Shown: positions 51,762 to 62,895 of the stretch, one piece after another | Layout: every line of letters starts with the position of its first letter | Position numbering within the stretch: the stretch's first letter is position 1 | NCBI GenBank assembly: GCA_965205865.1 | Contig: CBDBHR010000030.1 | Span: 576,001-640,000 of the forward strand | Direction: 5' to 3' | DNA from: a bacterium | GTDB lineage: Bacteria > SAR324 > NAC60-12 | DNA: 64,000 bases | Made by a program: the position numbers and the translations under genes | The notes under the pieces: model-generated | What the model saw: only the letters and a program-made list of their open reading frames with translations | Database searches by the model: none | What the model was told of the DNA's origin: nothing

Positions 51762-53159
51762 ATGTCGAGCAATCGGAAGACTGAAATATTTGCCTTAAAA
51801 CGGACTTCTACATTAAGGGAAATCCGACTGCTCTTCAGTCTGGGGGCGCCTCTTATCCTGGCGCAAATGATTCAGACTTCGATGGGTTTTGTCGATACGA
51901 TCATGACGGGTCATTTCAGCGCAGTCGATTTAGCGGCCGTGGCTGTAGGGGAAAAGAGCATGATCGCTATCATTTTTGTTGGTGTCGGGTTGATCAGCTC
52001 GTTGCAAGTACTCGTTGCGAGGCTTCACGGCGCAGATGCGGAGCCTGGAAAGATTGGACTGCAAGTTGTACAAGGAATTTGGGTCGGTCAGATTTATGGA
52101 ATTTTAGCATGGGTGATTGTCAGAAACATGCTTCCCTTTATGACGTTTCTGCAAATTGAACCCCGGGTTTTTGACTTGGCGCAAGAATATATGAAAGCCT
52201 TCTCCTGGGGACTGCCGGCCACATTTTTATTTGCCTCCTTGCGGGGATATTACGAAGGGAGCTCCATCAGTCGTCTTACATTCTATTTCTGCCTAATCGG
52301 CCTGGCAGTGAACATCTTGGGCAACTATACTTTGATATTCGGTAATTTTGGCGCACCTCGACTGGGAGCGGTGGGCGCTGGCTGGAGCAGTACCATGGCC
52401 AACTGGGTGATGGTGGGTGGGTTATTGATTTATTCTCTGGTCAATAAAAAAGTAGCCAAATGCCAAATATTCTCCCGGCTCGGGAAAATTTCATGGCAGG
52501 GGATCCAACCGATTATGCGGATTGGCGCCCCGATAGGAATCAGCGTCTTCATCGAAGTATCCATCTTTGTCATTTTTTCTCTGTTGATGGTTCGTTTTGG
52601 CATCGACGTTCTGGCTGCCAATCAAATTGCCATCAACTATCTGGGTTTCATTTACATGGTACCCCTTGGCTTGGGGATGGCATCGACAACCAGGGTGGGG
52701 ATTGCATTGGGAAGAAATAATTTGAGGCAGGCGCGTTTAATTGGCGTGCTCAGTATTGGATTTGGAGGCTGTCTGATGCTGATGAGCAGCATCATTCTCA
52801 TTTTGTTTTCTCAACAGATTGCGGGAGTGTTCACAAATGATGCGGCCTTGCTGGTGATTGCGGCGAAATTTCTCGTTCTGGGAGCGTTTTTCCAGATTCC
52901 GGATGGCATTCAGGCAACATCAGTTGGCGTGTTAAGAGGATGGAAGGATACCCGGGTGACTATGATTATCATTTTCATTTCATTTTGGGTTATCGGCTTG
53001 GGTTCGGGCTACTATCTGGCATTTGTATTGGAATATGGTCCTGAAGGATTGTGGTACGGTTTGATCCTGGGACTGAGCGTGCAAGCAGTTTTATTATGCG
53101 GCAGACTCTACCACATCAGTCATCGTCGATTGCTGCACCTGAAAAACCCATCAAATTGA
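51762..53159 (+). CDS. MATE family efflux transporter (NorM-like)
   Basis: MGFVDTIMTG, GAPRLGAVGAG, FQIPDGIQ, LRGWKDT; start uncertain. Confidence 0.9.
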   Translation: MSSNRKTEIFALKRTSTLREIRLLFSLGAPLILAQMIQTSMGFVDTIMTGHFSAVDLAAVAVGEKSMIAIIFVGVGLISSLQVLVARLHGADAEPGKIGLQVVQGIWVGQIYGILAWVIVRNMLPFMTFLQIEPRVFDLAQEYMKAFSWGLPATFLFASLRGYYEGSSISRLTFYFCLIGLAVNILGNYTLIFGNFGAPRLGAVGAGWSSTMANWVMVGGLLIYSLVNKKVAKCQIFSRLGKISWQGIQPIMRIGAPIGISVFIEVSIFVIFSLLMVRFGIDVLAANQIAINYLGFIYMVPLGLGMASTTRVGIALGRNNLRQARLIGVLSIGFGGCLMLMSSIILILFSQQIAGVFTNDAALLVIAAKFLVLGAFFQIPDGIQATSVGVLRGWKDTRVTMIIIFISFWVIGLGSGYYLAFVLEYGPEGLWYGLILGLSVQAVLLCGRLYHISHRRLLHLKNPSN

Positions 53160-53177
53160 AGATCATAACAGGCATTT

Positions 53178-54674
53178 ATGGAAATTCCCCTTATCTCCTT
53201 GGATAAAATCACAGCAATCATCCGGGGGCGAACAATTTTGCCGGACACCTCATGGCAGGTCTACCAAAATCAAAACTGGGCGGTGATAGGTCCCAATGGC
53301 TCCGGAAAATCATCGCTGTGTCGCATACTACTGGGAGAACTGCCTGTCTGTCGGGGCCGTATGAAACGAGATCCGCAGCTTTATGCTCAAAATGGAATGG
53401 CCTATGTTTCGTTTAACGTCCAACAGCAACTGATGATTCGGGAAGACCGGGAAGATATTGCGCGGGCATACAAAGGCGCGGTGGATGAAGTCACCACGGT
53501 TCGAGAAATTATCATGGCCGTCAAAGCCAATGAGCTGGATTCTGCCGGTTTCGAGAAAATTGTAACTCAACTCCATATGCAACATCTTGCGGATCATGGC
53601 GTTCGCACTTTGTCTCATGGAGAAATCCGCAAAATGATGATCGCGCGCGGGATGGCGAAAAGACCCCGGCTTCTCATTCTGGATGAGCCTTTTGACGGAT
53701 TGGACGCGGCGTCTCGAGTGATGCTTTCCGAAACTATCAACTATCTGATGGAGCATGATTTGAAAATGCTCCTCATCACCCACCACTTGGAGGAAATTCC
53801 TGAAAAAATCACCCACGTCTTATGCTTGAAAGATTGTAAAATTTTCTTGCAAGGGAAAAAGGAAAACATCTTGAACTCCCCGTCCCTCAAATGTCTTTAT
53901 GAGGGGCATGAACTGAACCGAAAACTCCTGCCAAAATTCGACAATTCCCGGCAATTGCTGGAACAGGCGCCCGGCGAAGATTTGGTTTCCATGAAAAATG
54001 TGAGGGTTCGATATGGTGCGATGACGGTGCTGAGCGGGCTCAATTGGACAATGAAAAAAGGCGAGCACTGGGCAATTATGGGTCCCAATGGCGCAGGGAA
54101 ATCGACGTTGTTGAATTTGATTTCCGCGGACAATCTGCAAGCCTATTCCAATGAGATTTATCTTTTTGGTAGAAGAAGAGGGACGGGAGAGAGCATTTGG
54201 GACATAAAAAAGAAGATCGGAAAAGTCTCAGCAGAGTTTCAGATACGCTATTACAGTCATCTGAGTACCGCGCACGTGATTCTTTCCGGATTTTTTGATT
54301 CGATCGGACTCTACCGGCAATTCACTTCGGAGCAGCGTTTGACTACCTTGCAGTGGATACGGATACTTTCCCTCGAAGACAATGCTGATACCCCATTCGA
54401 CCAGCTTTCCCAAGGACAGCAGCGCATGGTATTGCTCGCCAGGGCGATGGTCAAATCCCCGTTGCTGCTTATTTTGGACGAGCCCTGCCAGGGACTGGAT
54501 TATGCCAATCGAAGAAAAGTCCTCGATTTGGTCGATTTTATAGCAGAAAATACTGAAGTTCATGTCCTGTATGTGACGCATCACATGGATGAGTCCCTAT
54601 CCTGTATCAATAGAGTCCTGCAATTCAAACGCTCGTCTCAAGGATTTTTTCAGACTCGGATCAAGGCCCTTTGA
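53178..54674 (+). CDS. ModF-like tandem ABC ATP-binding protein
   Basis: Two Walker A motifs, LFGRRRGTGESIWDIKK, LDEPCQGLD. Confidence 0.85.
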   Translation: MEIPLISLDKITAIIRGRTILPDTSWQVYQNQNWAVIGPNGSGKSSLCRILLGELPVCRGRMKRDPQLYAQNGMAYVSFNVQQQLMIREDREDIARAYKGAVDEVTTVREIIMAVKANELDSAGFEKIVTQLHMQHLADHGVRTLSHGEIRKMMIARGMAKRPRLLILDEPFDGLDAASRVMLSETINYLMEHDLKMLLITHHLEEIPEKITHVLCLKDCKIFLQGKKENILNSPSLKCLYEGHELNRKLLPKFDNSRQLLEQAPGEDLVSMKNVRVRYGAMTVLSGLNWTMKKGEHWAIMGPNGAGKSTLLNLISADNLQAYSNEIYLFGRRRGTGESIWDIKKKIGKVSAEFQIRYYSHLSTAHVILSGFFDSIGLYRQFTSEQRLTTLQWIRILSLEDNADTPFDQLSQGQQRMVLLARAMVKSPLLLILDEPCQGLDYANRRKVLDLVDFIAENTEVHVLYVTHHMDESLSCINRVLQFKRSSQGFFQTRIKAL

Positions 54675-54719
54675 GTGATATCTGTGCCAATCCTTGCCAG
54701 GTTTCAAAGGGAACGGCAG

Positions 54720-56468
54720 TTATTCTCGAAATTGCATTTCATAGAATTGTTGGTACCTTCCTCCATTTTCCATCAAGGCTTCGTGATTACCAATTTCGAC
54801 GATTTTGCCATCTTCCAGCACACATATACGATCGGCATGGCGGATGGTGGAAAGCCGGTGGGCAATTACAAAGGAAGTGCGGTTTTGCATCAGATTTCTA
54901 ATAGCCTGCTGGACTGCAATTTCTGACTCGGAGTCCAAAGAGGAAGTGGCTTCATCCAAAATCAATATGGGCGCATCTTTGAGCAGGGCGCGAGCAATTG
55001 CAAGCCGCTGACGCTGTCCACCGGAGAGTTTGACCCCTTTTTCCCCAATGAGTGTCTGATAGCCTCGTGGTTGGGCTAAAATGAAATCATGGGCATTGGA
55101 TGCCTTGGCGGCAGCCAACATTTTACCCTCCGGACATTCCGGGTGGCCATAGGTGATGTTATTGAGAATCGTATCGTTGAAGAGGATGGTTTCCTGGGTC
55201 ACGATGGAAATAAGGGCGCGGAGTGATTGTAACTGCAGTCGTTTGACGTCATGACCATCGATTTTCAGATAGCCCTCGGTGAGGTCGTAAAAACGCGGAA
55301 TCAAGTTGACGAAGCTGGTTTTACCGGCCCCACTGCTTCCCACTAAGGCAATTACTTCTCCTTTCTGGACTTCCAGATTAATATCCTGAAGAGCAGGTCG
55401 GTCTTGTGTTTCATATTGAAAGCGCTGAATCCGGATTTCGATTTTTTCCTCGAGAGACAGCAGTTCGCAGGCGTTCGGATGGTCCTGTATTTCAGAATGG
55501 GTGTCCATGATGGCATGCACCCGTTGTATTGCTGCAGCGCCTTCCTGAAGTTTTAAGTTGAAACCATTGAGTTTTTTAACAGGGTCGTTGAGCATGAAAA
55601 ACAGCAAAAAAAATGATCCTAAATCGCCCATGGTGATTGTCCCTTGTTCATAGAGATAACCTCCATATATAAAGATCATCGCTCCCGCGAGGGCGCCAAC
55701 GATTTCAATGGTAGGCGAAGAGTACGCGGTGATCAATATCGAACGAATGTTGTGATTATAGAGTTGGTCATCGTTTTCCCGGAAGCGATCTACTTCATAT
55801 TTTTTCATACTAAAGGCCTGCACCACTCGAATACTGGTGAAGGTTTCCATTAAAAAATTCGCCAATGCCCCAAAACTGATTTGCCGTTTTCCAATCGCCC
55901 GCTTGTTGCGTCTGCCAAAGCTGAGGATGCAAATGAGGGCAATCGGGATAATAATCAAAAGGAAAAGGCTCAATTGCCAACTGCGGAAAACCATCATGCC
56001 CATCAGTATGAAAACAAGGGGAATATCCCGAAAAGGGCCGGTGATTCCAACGTTGAGAGCTTCTTGAAGCACTTGAATGTCGTTGGTGAATCGCGCAATC
56101 AAGTCCCCGGTTTTCGATTTGTCGAAAAAGGAGAGCGACAATCCCTGCATATGTTCAAACAATTGTGTTCGCAAGGCGGACAACAGGCGTTGCACCATCA
56201 ATCCCATGCTAAAGGTCTGTCCAAAAGCAAATACCCCCTTCATGGTGAAAACGAACACAATGGCGATTCCCACCATGTAGAAATTTTCCAGCCTCGGTTT
56301 GTGTTCAATGGCATCGATGATATCTTTGGCGTACCATCCTGGTGCTGCCGTGAATAGATTGTATGCCAAGGAACAAAAGACGCTGACGACAATCCATCCT
56401 TTATAAGGAAGGACCAAGTTCAGGAGGCGCCTGATGTCCCCCAGTTTATTTTTATTGATTTTTTTCAT
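54720..56468 (-). CDS. MsbA-like ABC exporter
   Basis: N-terminal TMD, GSSGAGKT, LSGGQRQR, LDEATSSLD. Confidence 0.88.
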   Translation of the reverse strand: MKKINKNKLGDIRRLLNLVLPYKGWIVVSVFCSLAYNLFTAAPGWYAKDIIDAIEHKPRLENFYMVGIAIVFVFTMKGVFAFGQTFSMGLMVQRLLSALRTQLFEHMQGLSLSFFDKSKTGDLIARFTNDIQVLQEALNVGITGPFRDIPLVFILMGMMVFRSWQLSLFLLIIIPIALICILSFGRRNKRAIGKRQISFGALANFLMETFTSIRVVQAFSMKKYEVDRFRENDDQLYNHNIRSILITAYSSPTIEIVGALAGAMIFIYGGYLYEQGTITMGDLGSFFLLFFMLNDPVKKLNGFNLKLQEGAAAIQRVHAIMDTHSEIQDHPNACELLSLEEKIEIRIQRFQYETQDRPALQDINLEVQKGEVIALVGSSGAGKTSFVNLIPRFYDLTEGYLKIDGHDVKRLQLQSLRALISIVTQETILFNDTILNNITYGHPECPEGKMLAAAKASNAHDFILAQPRGYQTLIGEKGVKLSGGQRQRLAIARALLKDAPILILDEATSSLDSESEIAVQQAIRNLMQNRTSFVIAHRLSTIRHADRICVLEDGKIVEIGNHEALMENGGRYQQFYEMQFRE

Positions 56469-56504
56469 CGACGTGGCTTGTAGGAATCAAAATGAGAATT
56501 TGTC

Positions 56505-57947
56505 TTAGTCTTTCAGCCATCCCCAGGACGTGGCTCCCCTGCTGTCTTTGAGTTGTATCCCGATTGCCTCGAGTTGGTCCCGGATAAAATCAGCATCCGC
56601 ATAATCGCGGTTATCCCGGAAACGTTGCCTCAGCTTGATTATCAACTGCATCACTTGCTCCAATTTTTCACCAGATTTCACGGAGGGTTGCGAAGCTGGA
56701 GGAATCAAACCGAGCACCTCTCCACCCAATGTTGAAAACAGATATTCGGCATCCGCCAATGCGCCGGGATCAGGAGAGGGATCATTGAGAAGTTTGTTGA
56801 CTGCCTTTGTCAAATCAAAAAGTGCGGCCAACGCCTGAGGTGTCGCAAAATCATTATCCATAGCGTTGCAGAAACGTTGGCGGTATTCTTGAAAATATTG
56901 ATGGGGCGGAACCGTTTCGGCAGGAAGCCGCTCCCGTAAAGCGGCGATTACCTGATGCAAGCGCATCAAGGCGATTTGCGCGGATTCAAGCGCCTCTTCA
57001 CTGTAATCGACCACGGAGCGGTAATGACTGGCAATGATGAAATAGCGCACTGCCAGGGGACCAAATTTTTGACAAGCCTCCTCCAGGGTTATGGAATTTC
57101 CCCGTGACTTGCTCATGCTCTGTCCGTTGACCTCGAGTATGTTGCTGTGCATCCAATACCTGGCAAAGGATTGACCCAGACTACGCGCTTGGGCCAATTC
57201 ACATTCATGATGGGGAAATTTGAGATCCATCCCTCCCCCATGAATGTCGAACTCATCGCCCAGGTACTTGGTGCTCATCACGACACATTCGGTGTGCCAA
57301 CCCGGGTATCCAAAACCCTTCCAGGGGTCTTCCCAGCGCATCACGTGACCGGGTTCCGCGTGTTTCCAAAGGGCAAAGTCATTTGGATTGCGTTTTTCGG
57401 AACGGCTTTGCACCCTGGTTCCACTCAACATTTTCTCTTGACCGCGATTGGACAGGCGACCGTAGGCTGAATCACGGGAAATATCAAAATAGATAGAACC
57501 ATTGACTTCATAAGCGTCTCCCTGCGCCACCATTTGCCGGATCGCTTGCAATTGTTCCGGGATGTGGCCGGAGGCCCGCGGGGAAATATCAGGACGTCGC
57601 GCTCCCAAGCGATCCATCATATCGAAATAGCTGCGGGTGTAATATTCAGCAATGGCCATCGGTTCTTTATTGGCTTCTCGTGATTTCTTGAGAATTTTGT
57701 CCTCCCCGTCATCGGCATCGTCCACCAAATGGCCCACATCGGTGATATTTTGCACATAGAAAGTCTGGTAACCCAGGAATTGAAAGTAGCGCAAGATCAG
57801 GTCAAAACCGATATATGTTTTCCCGTGTCCTAAATGAGACTCACCGTATACGGTAAGACCGCAGACATATAGGGAGACATGACCGGGTCGGGTCGGGATG
57901 AATGTTTCCTCTTTTTTAGAAAGGGAATTGTAAATTTTTAAAGGCAT
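56505..57947 (-). CDS. cysS: Cysteine--tRNA ligase
   Basis: [37 protein letters not shown]. Confidence 0.96.
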   Translation of the reverse strand: MPLKIYNSLSKKEETFIPTRPGHVSLYVCGLTVYGESHLGHGKTYIGFDLILRYFQFLGYQTFYVQNITDVGHLVDDADDGEDKILKKSREANKEPMAIAEYYTRSYFDMMDRLGARRPDISPRASGHIPEQLQAIRQMVAQGDAYEVNGSIYFDISRDSAYGRLSNRGQEKMLSGTRVQSRSEKRNPNDFALWKHAEPGHVMRWEDPWKGFGYPGWHTECVVMSTKYLGDEFDIHGGGMDLKFPHHECELAQARSLGQSFARYWMHSNILEVNGQSMSKSRGNSITLEEACQKFGPLAVRYFIIASHYRSVVDYSEEALESAQIALMRLHQVIAALRERLPAETVPPHQYFQEYRQRFCNAMDNDFATPQALAALFDLTKAVNKLLNDPSPDPGALADAEYLFSTLGGEVLGLIPPASQPSVKSGEKLEQVMQLIIKLRQRFRDNRDYADADFIRDQLEAIGIQLKDSRGATSWGWLKD

Positions 57948-58224
57948 GCAATCATCCTTTCTTTTTTTAAGATTCCTATTCTCCGAAACATCAGGACTTT
58001 ATTGCGTTTTCAGGTGTGATGACAATTCGAACATTGGAGCGATACCCAGGATTGTGTTTCTTTTTTGTTTTTTAATATCAAAGCTTATGATATCTTGGAA
58101 GATATTTGTCTTTTTTGTCCTTCAGGGTGTTATGACTCCGGATCTGCCAGCAGTAGGAAGCATTATAACACCATAAAGTACTCCTTGAAATAAAATTGCC
58201 AGAGAAGCCGTTGAGGAAGACGCA

Positions 58225-58707
58225 ATGAAAAGTATTGATCAAGGTGACTATTTTTCAGGCATAAAGTTTCAAAATTCAGAAGACGACGACACACTGTTGA
58301 AATCGGCGGTGGAGGCCCTCCCCGAAGAAGTGAGCGCAAAAGACGATCCGGAAAAAAGGGGGATGAATGCTTCCGTGCGTCCATCCGCCGTTCGCCCCGG
58401 GAGAAAAAGAGCCTCCCGTAAAAATGAACTATCGAAAAGTCCCGACGCAATTCTGGATCTTCATGGAAAAACAAAAGAAGAAGCCCTCATATTAGTGCAA
58501 AGCATTGTCATGGGCAGTCACCGACAGCGTCAACGTAGTATATTAATCATTACAGGCAAAGGCCATCATTCGGGAGAAGGCGGCCCTGTTTTAAATCAAG
58601 CGGTTCGTTCATGGCTACAACGCCATGGTCATCCCTATATCAAGGATTTTTCTTCAGCCCCACCGCGCTATGGAGGAACGGGAGCACTTTGGGTGGACCT
58701 GTGCTGA
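58225..58707 (+). CDS. Smr/MutS family protein
   Basis: LDLHG, IITGKGHHS, GGTGALWV. Confidence 0.9.
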   Translation: MKSIDQGDYFSGIKFQNSEDDDTLLKSAVEALPEEVSAKDDPEKRGMNASVRPSAVRPGRKRASRKNELSKSPDAILDLHGKTKEEALILVQSIVMGSHRQRQRSILIITGKGHHSGEGGPVLNQAVRSWLQRHGHPYIKDFSSAPPRYGGTGALWVDLC

Positions 58708-58719
58708 AACAACGCCGGC

Positions 58720-61242
58720 CTAACGGATTTTGTGAGGCATTGGCTCGATGGGCACCGGTTCCACATGCCAGATATCTTTGGCATATTCGACAATAGTGCG
58801 GTCTGCAGAAAAATTCCCCGCGTTGGCGGTATTGAGTATCGAACTACGTGTCCATTCAGATTGGTCCAAGTATGCCTGGCTCACATTTTCCTGACAAGAC
58901 AGGTAGCTGGAAAAATCCGCCAACAGCATGTAGGCATCGTCATAGACAAGTGATTTGTAGAGGTCATTGTACAAGTGGGGGTCCTTTCGATTGAAATATC
59001 CGCTGTTGATCATCTCCAATGCTTCCCGCAACTCCAATTGGATATTTGAGCTGAGGTTTTGATAATAAATGCGGGGATTGTAGTTTTTTTGCTTTATTGC
59101 CATCACCTCTTCCGCAGACAATCCGAAAATAAAGATATTGGCATCTCCTACTTTTTCCCGGATTTCAATGGTCGCGCCATCCATCGTTCCAATGATCAGG
59201 GAGCCATTGAGTGCGAATTTCATATTGCTGGTGCCCGATGCTTCTGTTCCTGCAGTGGAAATATGTTCTGAAATGTCAGTGGCGGGGATCACTTTCTCTG
59301 CAAGAGAAACCCGGTAGTTTTCCAGGAAAACGACTTTGAGTCTCCCTTTGATGAGTGGATTGTTGTTGACGATTTTTGCCACATCACAGGCCAATCGAAT
59401 GATCAATTTGGCCATGTAATAGCCCGGAGCCGCTTTTCCTCCCAAAATGATTGTGCGGGGGACGAAGAAAGTTGTCGGGTTGGCGCGTATCCGATTGTAG
59501 AGCACGATTACATGCAAGACATTCAACAATTGCCGTTTGTATTCGTGAATACGCTTGACCTGCGTATCAAACATTGTTTCCGGGTTGAGCTCGACCTTAT
59601 GTACTCGTTGCACGTACTCTGCGAACTGTCGTTTTTTTTGTTGTTTGACGGCCTGCCAGTCCTTTTGAAAGTCGGTATCGTCTGCCAAAGGGATCAGTTG
59701 CTTCAGAAGAATCGGGTCTGTGATCCATCTCTCTCCAATGCGCTTACTGATCAATGAGGAAAGTTCAGGATTGCAGTTCAATAGCCAACGCCGGTGGGAG
59801 ATGCCATTGGTTTTGTTTTGGAAGCGCTCGGGATAAAACTCGTAGAAATCTTTGAATACCGCGCTTTTCAACAAATTGGTGTGCAAACTTGCCACCCCAT
59901 TGACCGCATGACTGCCAATGATGGCCAAATGAGGCATACGAACTTGTTTGACGCTTCCTTCCTCAATCAGGGACAAGCGTTCCAGCCTTTTCCAATCTTG
60001 CGGATGATTTTGCTTGACCGATTCCAGGAATTTTTCATTGATTTCATAAATGATTTGCAAATGACGGGGTAGCAGACGGCCAATCATACCGACCGGCCAT
60101 TTTTCCAAGGCTTCGGGAAGCACCGTATGGTTGGTGTAGGCAAAGACCCGGGTGGTGATATTCCAGGCAATATCCCATTGGTATCCTTCCTCATCCAGTA
60201 AAATCCGCATTAACTCCGCAATAGCAATGGAAGGATGCGTATCATTCAATTGAATGGCAACCTTCTGCGGAAAAAGTTCAAAACTTTGATGATTGACTCT
60301 ATATTTTTGGATGATGTCTTGCAGGGATGCGCAAACAAAAAAGTATTGCTGCTTGAGACGCAGTTCTTTTCCTGAAAAATTCTTGTCATTGGGATAAAGC
60401 GCCTTGGAGATCGTTTCAGTGTTATGTTTTTCTTCCACGGCACGCATGTGATCGCCTTTGTTGAAGAGTTCAAAGTCAAAATCCTGCGATGCTTTCGCTT
60501 GCCAGAGCCTTAAGTTGTTCACCGTGCGCGTGCGAAATCCTGGAATCGGAACATCATAGGGCATGGCCAATACTTCATACGTGTCTACCCATTCATATCG
60601 TTTCCGATCAGCAGCATCGCGGTACTCGCGCACTCGTCCATAAAATCGTACGGAAAACATGTGTTCAAATCTTGGAATTTCCCAAGGGTAACCGGTTACA
60701 AGCCAGTTGTCCGCGTACTCCATCTGGGCATTGTTTTCAATTTTTTGCTCAAAAATACCGTAGTCATAGCGAATCCCATAGCCATAGGCCGGTAATTGCA
60801 AAGTCGCCATGGAATCCAGAAAACAAGCTGCCAACCGTCCCAAACCTCCATTTCCGAGACCGGCGTCGTGCTCCAACTCTTCCAACTCTTCCAACTCGTA
60901 ACCAAGTTCATCCAGGGCATCCTGGCATACCTGCAGCAGATTGAGGTTGATCAAATTGTTCCGCAGGCTGCGTCCGATCAAATATTCCAGAGAAAGGTAG
61001 TAGACCCGTTTGCAGTCCTTTTGCCTGTAGGTTTGTTGGGTATCGTTCCAAAATTCCACTAAACGGTCTCGAATGGCCAGAGCCAGGCTTTCGTAGACAT
61101 CCATGTCATTCACCGTGTAGCGGTTTTTGCAGATGGAAAATTCCAGGTGGTTAGCCAGGGACTGCATGATTGCTTGTTTGTCCATTGCTCGGTAATCACC
61201 AACCAATTTCCAGATTTCATTCAATTTTGTCTTAGACTGCAT
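58720..61242 (-). CDS. glgP: Glycogen/starch phosphorylase
   Basis: GLGNGGLGRLAACF, QLNDTHP, KRIHEYKRQ, EASGTSNMK. Confidence 0.96.
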   Translation of the reverse strand: MQSKTKLNEIWKLVGDYRAMDKQAIMQSLANHLEFSICKNRYTVNDMDVYESLALAIRDRLVEFWNDTQQTYRQKDCKRVYYLSLEYLIGRSLRNNLINLNLLQVCQDALDELGYELEELEELEHDAGLGNGGLGRLAACFLDSMATLQLPAYGYGIRYDYGIFEQKIENNAQMEYADNWLVTGYPWEIPRFEHMFSVRFYGRVREYRDAADRKRYEWVDTYEVLAMPYDVPIPGFRTRTVNNLRLWQAKASQDFDFELFNKGDHMRAVEEKHNTETISKALYPNDKNFSGKELRLKQQYFFVCASLQDIIQKYRVNHQSFELFPQKVAIQLNDTHPSIAIAELMRILLDEEGYQWDIAWNITTRVFAYTNHTVLPEALEKWPVGMIGRLLPRHLQIIYEINEKFLESVKQNHPQDWKRLERLSLIEEGSVKQVRMPHLAIIGSHAVNGVASLHTNLLKSAVFKDFYEFYPERFQNKTNGISHRRWLLNCNPELSSLISKRIGERWITDPILLKQLIPLADDTDFQKDWQAVKQQKKRQFAEYVQRVHKVELNPETMFDTQVKRIHEYKRQLLNVLHVIVLYNRIRANPTTFFVPRTIILGGKAAPGYYMAKLIIRLACDVAKIVNNNPLIKGRLKVVFLENYRVSLAEKVIPATDISEHISTAGTEASGTSNMKFALNGSLIIGTMDGATIEIREKVGDANIFIFGLSAEEVMAIKQKNYNPRIYYQNLSSNIQLELREALEMINSGYFNRKDPHLYNDLYKSLVYDDAYMLLADFSSYLSCQENVSQAYLDQSEWTRSSILNTANAGNFSADRTIVEYAKDIWHVEPVPIEPMPHKIR

Positions 61243-61541
61243 AGGTATTTTTTTCAATGCATGGACTTCTCGATTTTTCTGGAAGATGCCAATCAAATAC
61301 AAGCGAAAAGGCGACATGCCCGAGGATCATGACTTCCGGGAATTCTTTATTTCGCCATACGCGGATGATTGCCGCTTCGCCACTGTAAACTACTTGGAAA
61401 GCAAATGGCATGCAATCCTTTTTGAGAAGGACGGTGACAAGGATATCATGGGTGATTTGGCATTTATCGTGCAAAAAAAGTTTAAGATTCTGACACCCTC
61501 AGCTGCTTGCCATCAAATATTGCGCTGTTTCAATAGGCTTC

Positions 61542-62394
61542 ATGGACAATTTCTTTCATTCCCTCATCAATAGCATTCCGGAAACCCAGGCAATCGTGTT
61601 TCAATCCATCCTCATTGTTTGTGGACTCTGGATTATACGAACCGTGATACTGAAGTTAACGGTCGCCAAAATCAAGAATGACCATACCCGCTATATTTGG
61701 CGTCAGGTCGTACAATATGCCGTGATTCTCTTGGGGATTGTGCTCTTTTTCCGTTTATGGTTCAGCGGCATTCAATCGATTCTCACTTTTCTGGGTCTCA
61801 TCTCGGCGGCAATCACCATTATCCTCAAGGAACCCATCCTGAACTTGTTCGCGGGTCACTATCATTTGGAGGGAGCTATTCAGTGTCGGAGAACGCATTG
61901 AAATCGGGAAATACAAAGGAGACGTGATCGACATGGGTTTGTTTTATTTCACATTGATGGAAATCGGCAATTGGGTCGATGCCGATCAAAGCACCGGACG
62001 ACTTCTCAAGGTTCCCAATGGGATTGTGATCACGGAGGGCGTGGCCAATTACAGCCGCGGACTGCCTTATGTCTGGAACGAAATTCCTATAATGCTCACG
62101 GGAGACAGCGATTGGAAAAGCGCAAAAACTCTGCTGCAGTCGATTGCCGAAAAGCATACGGAGAACCTGAACGCTGCTCAGAAAAAAGACTTTCGTAAAA
62201 AAGCCGGAGCCTATGTTATTTCTCCTATCCTCACTCCCACGGTATACACCAGCCTCGAAGAAAAAGGTATTTTATTGACGATTCGTCACCTTTGCGAACC
62301 ACGCCATCGCCGCAATATCGAAGAAGATATTTGTGAGAATATATTGGAGACGTTCCTCCTCCATTCCAATATCAACTTGCTCTATCGCGCCTGA
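61542..62394 (+). pseudogene. MscS family mechanosensitive channel, 1-nt frameshift near 61854
   Basis: TM N-terminus to NLFA, then other frame IIWRELFSVGERIEIG..GDVIDMG..QSTGRLLKVPNG; may be a sequencing error. Confidence 0.8.
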
Positions 62395-62415
62395 TGATCT
62401 CTCCAATTTATTTTC

Positions 62416-62607
62416 CCTGAGTTCGACATAAATCTTCAATAATATGAGTATCCTAGTTTATATGTCATCCTCGCGAAAGCAGGGATCCGGATTTCAGTCT
62501 GGCTGCATACCTCTGGATTCCTGCTTTCGCAGGAATGACAAGGTTTCTCTAAGATATGAAGATTTTATAACATATTGAATTTATTAAATTCTTATCTCGA
62601 ACTCAGG
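62416..62607. mobile_element. MITE-like element carrying a REP-like hairpin (62464-62539)
   Basis: 16-bp TIRs cctgagttcgacataa / ttatctcgaactcagg (1 mismatch); 8-bp direct repeat ttattttc at 62408 and 62608. Confidence 0.8.
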
Positions 62608-62895
62608 TTATTTTCCCTGAAACGCCGGTTTGCGTTTCAAACGACGGGAAGACGCATCTACTGCAATTTTTCTATTTTACCATATGGATATAAACGAAGC
62701 GCCACTCCAAAGCAATTCATAGAAAAAGGTAAGTGGCCATGACAGGAACATTTCTAAAATGAACATTGTCAGCGGGACGCGAATCATGTTAAATACAGTA
62801 ACGAGTCTCCCCAATTGCTTGCGACAAACAGGATCCGTTGGGCGGACCGGACATTTTGAACAACAGCGCCTTCAATATAAAAAAGAGAGAAGACC

